NCBI GenBank assembly: GCA_965214675.1 | Contig: OZ243969.1 | Span: 1,666,482 to 1,730,481 of the forward strand | Source: Gammaproteobacteria bacterium | GTDB lineage: Bacteria; Pseudomonadota; Gammaproteobacteria; UBA4575 | DNA length: 64,000 bases | Reading direction: 5' to 3' | In this document: one piece after another, positions 60,483-64,000 of the stretch | Position numbering within the stretch: position 1 is the stretch's first letter | Layout: every line of letters begins with the position of its first letter | Translations under genes and position numbers: made by a program | The notes under the pieces: model-generated | Seen by the model: only the letters and a program-made list of their open reading frames with translations | Told to the model about the DNA's origin: nothing | The model's database searches: none

Positions 60483-62557
60483 TAGCTGGATCGTGCCAGC
60501 TGATTCAAAAGCATTTGTTGTGCGCTGCAAGCGTCCGCTTCGTGTCCTTGAAGAGGAGTATAATTGCCGTCGGATTGCAGTATCCACGCTTGTTGGCTGT
60601 CTTTCAGATACACCTCGAGCTCGTCAGTGATGCGTTTGCGCATGGCCGGGTCACGAATCGGCCAGCAGACTTCCACACGGCGGAAGAAGTTTCGATCCAT
60701 CCAGTCGGCACTTGAGCAAAAGACCTTGGGGTCACCGTTGTTATGAAAGTAGCAGGCGCGCGTGTGCTCCAGAAATCGCCCCACGATGGAGCGTACTTCG
60801 ATGTTCTCGGATATGCCCGCAAGCCCGGGTCTCAAGCAACATATGCCTCGCACGATCAGTTGTATTTTTACGCCGGAACCCGAGGCACGATACAGGGCCT
60901 GGATAATCTGGGGCTCAACCAGCGAGTTGAATTTCGCAATGATACGGGCAGGATGACCCTCTTTGGCATGTTCGATTTCGGTGTCGATCAGTTCGATGAG
61001 CAAATTGTACAGGGTAAACGGCGCCTGCAAGACCGTGTTCAGGCTTGGAACCTTGGTGAAACTGGTCAGCTCAAGAAAGATTTCATGGGCGTCCGCGGTC
61101 AGCTCGGTATCACAGGTGAACATGCCGTAGTCCGTATATAAACGGGTCGTCTTCTCATGATAGTTGCCCGTGCCAAAATGGGCGTAGCGCCGCAGGCCAT
61201 CCTTTTCCCGGCGAACAATCAGAATCATCTTGCCATGTGTTTTTTTGCCCACAATTCCATAAACGACATGCGCCCCGGCTTTTTGCAGACGGTTTGCAAG
61301 GGAGATATTCGCAGCCTCATCAAAGCGTGCCATGAGTTCAATGACCACGGTGACCTCCTTACCGGCCCGCGCCGCCTTTACCAGGTTGTCGACGATGGGT
61401 GAGTCCGGCCCCGTCCGGTACAGGGTCTGCTTGATGGCCAGAACCTTGGGGTCCTTCGCGGCTTGTCGCACAAAATCAATGACCGGTACAAAAGACTGGT
61501 ACGGGTGGTGCAGCAGGATGTCGCCCTGCCTGATCTGGGCAAACAGATTGATGTTATGGCTGAACGTTCGCGGAAAGCCTGCCGTAAAAGGGGGATACTT
61601 CAGGTCCGAGCGCTCAACCAGGTCACAGGCCTGACTGAGGCGGTTCAGATTCACTGGTCCGTTTACACGGTACACGTCGACTGCAGTCAGTGAAAACTGT
61701 TGCAGCAGATAAGACACAAGCTCTTCCGGACAATTGTTGGCGACCTCAAGGCGGACGGCATCCCCGTAGCGACGCGAAGCCAACTCGCCTTCCAGGGCAC
61801 GCATCAGATCATCAATTTCCTCATCATCCAGAAACAGGTCGCTGTTGCGTGTCAACCTGAACTGGTAACTGCCTTTGACATTCAGGCCTTCGAACAACTC
61901 ATTGACGAAGGCATGCATAACCGAGGACAGGAAAACATAATTTTCACCCTCTTCCTCATTGATTTTATCCGGCAGGCGAATCAATCGAGGCAGGGATCGT
62001 GGCGCCTGTACAATGGCATATTCTCCCTTGCGCCCGAACGCATCCAGACCTTCCAGCTGAACAATGAAATTAAGCGCCTTGTTGATGATGCGTGGGAAAG
62101 GGTGGGCCGGATCGAGGCCAAGTGGGCTCAATACCGGTTCGACTTCATCCAGGAAATACTGTCGCAGCCAGAGGCTTTGTTCCGGTGTCCACTGCTCGCG
62201 TGCAACAAATCGAATATTCTGCTCATCAAGTTCGGGCTTGAGCTCTTCATTGAAAACCCGGTACTGCTCATCCACGAGCTCGGAAGCTTCCGTGTGTATC
62301 TGCTTTAGAAGTTCGCGCGTAGCAATCCCGTCTGCGGCAATGTGCGCGATGTCCAGGTCAATCTGCTGCTTGACGCCGCCCACGCGGATTTCAAAGAACT
62401 CGTCCAGATTGGTACACGATATGCAAAGGAACTTGAGCCGCTCAAGCAGCGGAGCCGAAGGGTCGCGTGCCTGTTGCAGTACACGCGAATTGAATTTCAG
62501 CAGGCTGAGCTCACGGTTAATGTAGTTTTCGGCCAGTCCAAAATTCTGCTCGTCCAC
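60479..62557 (-). CDS. ppk: Polyphosphate kinase 1
   Basis: 692 aa, PPK1 N, H and two PLD-like C domains. It is convergent with ppx and their stops overlap. Confidence 0.9.
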   Translation of the reverse strand: MDEQNFGLAENYINRELSLLKFNSRVLQQARDPSAPLLERLKFLCISCTNLDEFFEIRVGGVKQQIDLDIAHIAADGIATRELLKQIHTEASELVDEQYRVFNEELKPELDEQNIRFVAREQWTPEQSLWLRQYFLDEVEPVLSPLGLDPAHPFPRIINKALNFIVQLEGLDAFGRKGEYAIVQAPRSLPRLIRLPDKINEEEGENYVFLSSVMHAFVNELFEGLNVKGSYQFRLTRNSDLFLDDEEIDDLMRALEGELASRRYGDAVRLEVANNCPEELVSYLLQQFSLTAVDVYRVNGPVNLNRLSQACDLVERSDLKYPPFTAGFPRTFSHNINLFAQIRQGDILLHHPYQSFVPVIDFVRQAAKDPKVLAIKQTLYRTGPDSPIVDNLVKAARAGKEVTVVIELMARFDEAANISLANRLQKAGAHVVYGIVGKKTHGKMILIVRREKDGLRRYAHFGTGNYHEKTTRLYTDYGMFTCDTELTADAHEIFLELTSFTKVPSLNTVLQAPFTLYNLLIELIDTEIEHAKEGHPARIIAKFNSLVEPQIIQALYRASGSGVKIQLIVRGICCLRPGLAGISENIEVRSIVGRFLEHTRACYFHNNGDPKVFCSSADWMDRNFFRRVEVCWPIRDPAMRKRITDELEVYLKDSQQAWILQSDGNYTPLQGHEADACSAQQMLLNQLARSSY

Positions 62558-62654
62558 GTCTTGCTTCCACGGTGTTATTCACTGCATGAATTATACGCGA
62601 TGCTCCGAGTCCCGTGCAGCCGGGCATCGGGGAACAGCAAGTTCATGAGTCGTC

Positions 62655-63029
62655 CTACCCGAAGAACCTCGCATAGGCGATCACCCCCCAGACCGCAAGC
62701 AGTGCCACCAGGCTGATGCCGACGGCGGCCGAGCCGATATCCTTGGCACGTTTGGAAAGCTCATGATATTCACTGCCGATGCGATCGATGGTCACTTCAA
62801 CACAGGTATTGAGTAACTCAACAATCAAGACGATCAAAACGGATACTACCAGCAGGGCGATCTGCACGCTGTTCTCACCAAGCCAGAAGGCGGCGGGAAA
62901 CAGTACGATGGCAAGAAGCACTTCCTGCCTGAAGGCCTCTTCGTTTTTCCATGCAGCATGAAGACCAGCCATACTGTTGGAAATTGCACTGAGTAGGCGC
63001 TTGAGTCCTGTGTGGGGTGAACCTGCCAT
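62655..63029 (-). CDS. dgkA: Diacylglycerol kinase
   Basis: Three TM helices and DgkA family similarity. The internal ATG (MAGSPHTGLKRL...) is preferred over the track start at 63077. Confidence 0.8.
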   Translation of the reverse strand: MAGSPHTGLKRLLSAISNSMAGLHAAWKNEEAFRQEVLLAIVLFPAAFWLGENSVQIALLVVSVLIVLIVELLNTCVEVTIDRIGSEYHELSKRAKDIGSAAVGISLVALLAVWGVIAYARFFG

Positions 63030-63115
63030 GTTGGTGAACCAAGTGAGAGTCAGAAAAATATATGCGTCAACATACATGCCTCATGGTAAAATTGTTACCT
63101 GCTTCTCAGTAGGCA

Positions 63116-63601
63116 ATGGATGCCAGTGTGACTAAATTGAAACCGGTTTTATTTCTGATATTTCTGGCTGCAGGCCTGGTCTTGGCAGACGAGCAGCGCA
63201 TCATCTACGATTTCGAGTACGGGATATTCTCGCGTGGCATGGAGGAGTTCAAGGAAGGTGATCGTGCGGTGACTAGCGAAGGGCCGCTGGAGCCCGTGAC
63301 CATGATTCCAGCCCGGCTGGGAACCAAATTCGGGGTTCGTTACTGGCTGTCCCGAGGGGGGTTTGTCGGTGAGCCTACACTGCATCTGATCTACCACGTG
63401 CCGACCATGGTCAATCCCAGCACCGGTGAGTACATCGACAAGATTGAAATACTGCAAGAGGAATCCACGCTGGACTACACCCATACCATGGCCTTTGAGT
63501 TTGTCGAACAGTATGAACTGGTCCCAGGCGAGTACCGGTTTTATATTTTCTTTGAAAACCAGAAGCTGCTGGAGCAGGTTTTCCACGTGGTATTGCAGTA
63601 A
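63116..63601 (+). CDS. Secreted hypothetical protein (DUF3859-like)
   Basis: Signal peptide followed by a beta-rich domain of about 130 aa. The family assignment is tentative. Confidence 0.4.
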   Translation: MDASVTKLKPVLFLIFLAAGLVLADEQRIIYDFEYGIFSRGMEEFKEGDRAVTSEGPLEPVTMIPARLGTKFGVRYWLSRGGFVGEPTLHLIYHVPTMVNPSTGEYIDKIEILQEESTLDYTHTMAFEFVEQYELVPGEYRFYIFFENQKLLEQVFHVVLQ

Positions 63602-63609
63602 GCCCCTAA

Positions 63610-64000
63610 TTACTGCTCAGAAGTCCTGATTTGCATCACGGTCAGGGTGCCACTTTTCTCATTGGCGCTGTAAATGTAATGCTGTCCATCCTGCTCATAA
63701 TGAGCCAATCCCTCTGGCGCGTACTGGGTCCCTGAACCAGCTTCCGGTCCAACTGGCTCCACACTGAGCACTTTGGGATGTTCGGGTTCAGCCAGGGCGA
63801 CCAGGGCGATCGCATTTGCGCGCTCTAGGGCTACGGCGGCATACAAATCACCCGCGATCTCAAAACCGACCACACTTTCCGGCTCCGAGCCCTTGTTGTC
63901 GCTGCGCCCATCCGGATATAGCCCTGCTGCATGGGCCATCTGGTCCAGCTGATTGCCGGTGTCCGAAACCAATGTACCGGTCGTCGCATCAAATACACTG
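63610..64000 (-). CDS. Hypothetical protein, partial; the N-terminus lies beyond the window end
   Basis: The minus-strand frame stays open to the window edge. The track ORF 63610..63972 is its C-terminal part. Confidence 0.35.
   Translation of the reverse strand, partial: SVFDATTGTLVSDTGNQLDQMAHAAGLYPDGRSDNKGSEPESVVGFEIAGDLYAAVALERANAIALVALAEPEHPKVLSVEPVGPEAGSGTQYAPEGLAHYEQDGQHYIYSANEKSGTLTVMQIRTSEQ

Overview
This 64 kb window is high-GC chromosomal DNA with gammaproteobacterial gene order. Most of it is conserved housekeeping, all recognised from the translations: thiO/thiS/thiG-trmB, a SulP permease, gmhB, glyQS, glnA-ntrBC with a textbook NtrC/sigma54 upstream region, znuA, gpsA-secB-grxC, envC-ctpA, ribF-ileS-lspA, murJ, rpsT, proB-obg-rpmA-rplU, ispB, pntAB, ppx/ppk, dgkA, tRNA-Thr(CGU), tRNA-Pro(CGG), and a nirB-nirD-nasA nitrate-assimilation operon. 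I found no CRISPR array, no transposase or integrase, and no rRNA. The candidate undescribed system is at the left edge, positions 1-8277 on the minus strand. It is a tightly packed seven-gene operon whose first three products, in transcription order, are an acidic lipoprotein, a second lipoprotein, and a transmembrane TPR/PEGA protein with a Pro/Glu-rich TonB/TolA-like linker. Next come a 795-aa FHA-like/transmembrane/5xPEGA/cysteine-less FGE-sulfatase-like protein and a small secreted acidic peptide. The last two are a MotA/TolQ/ExbB-family channel and a divergent Hsp70-like ATPase whose GTG-start ORF is not in the supplied track and runs off the window. A decayed Ser/Thr kinase remnant lies 1.7 kb beyond the operon's promoter end, directly abutting an unusual 4Fe-4S/membrane-anchor gene of the nitrate operon. 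Other accessory-looking spots are a J-domain plus HIRAN gene pair at the 3' end of tRNA-Thr, a DnaQ-like exonuclease between thiS and thiG, a frameshifted gene beside a 400-bp gap with an orphan terminator, and a small AT-rich insert at the 3' end of tRNA-Pro.
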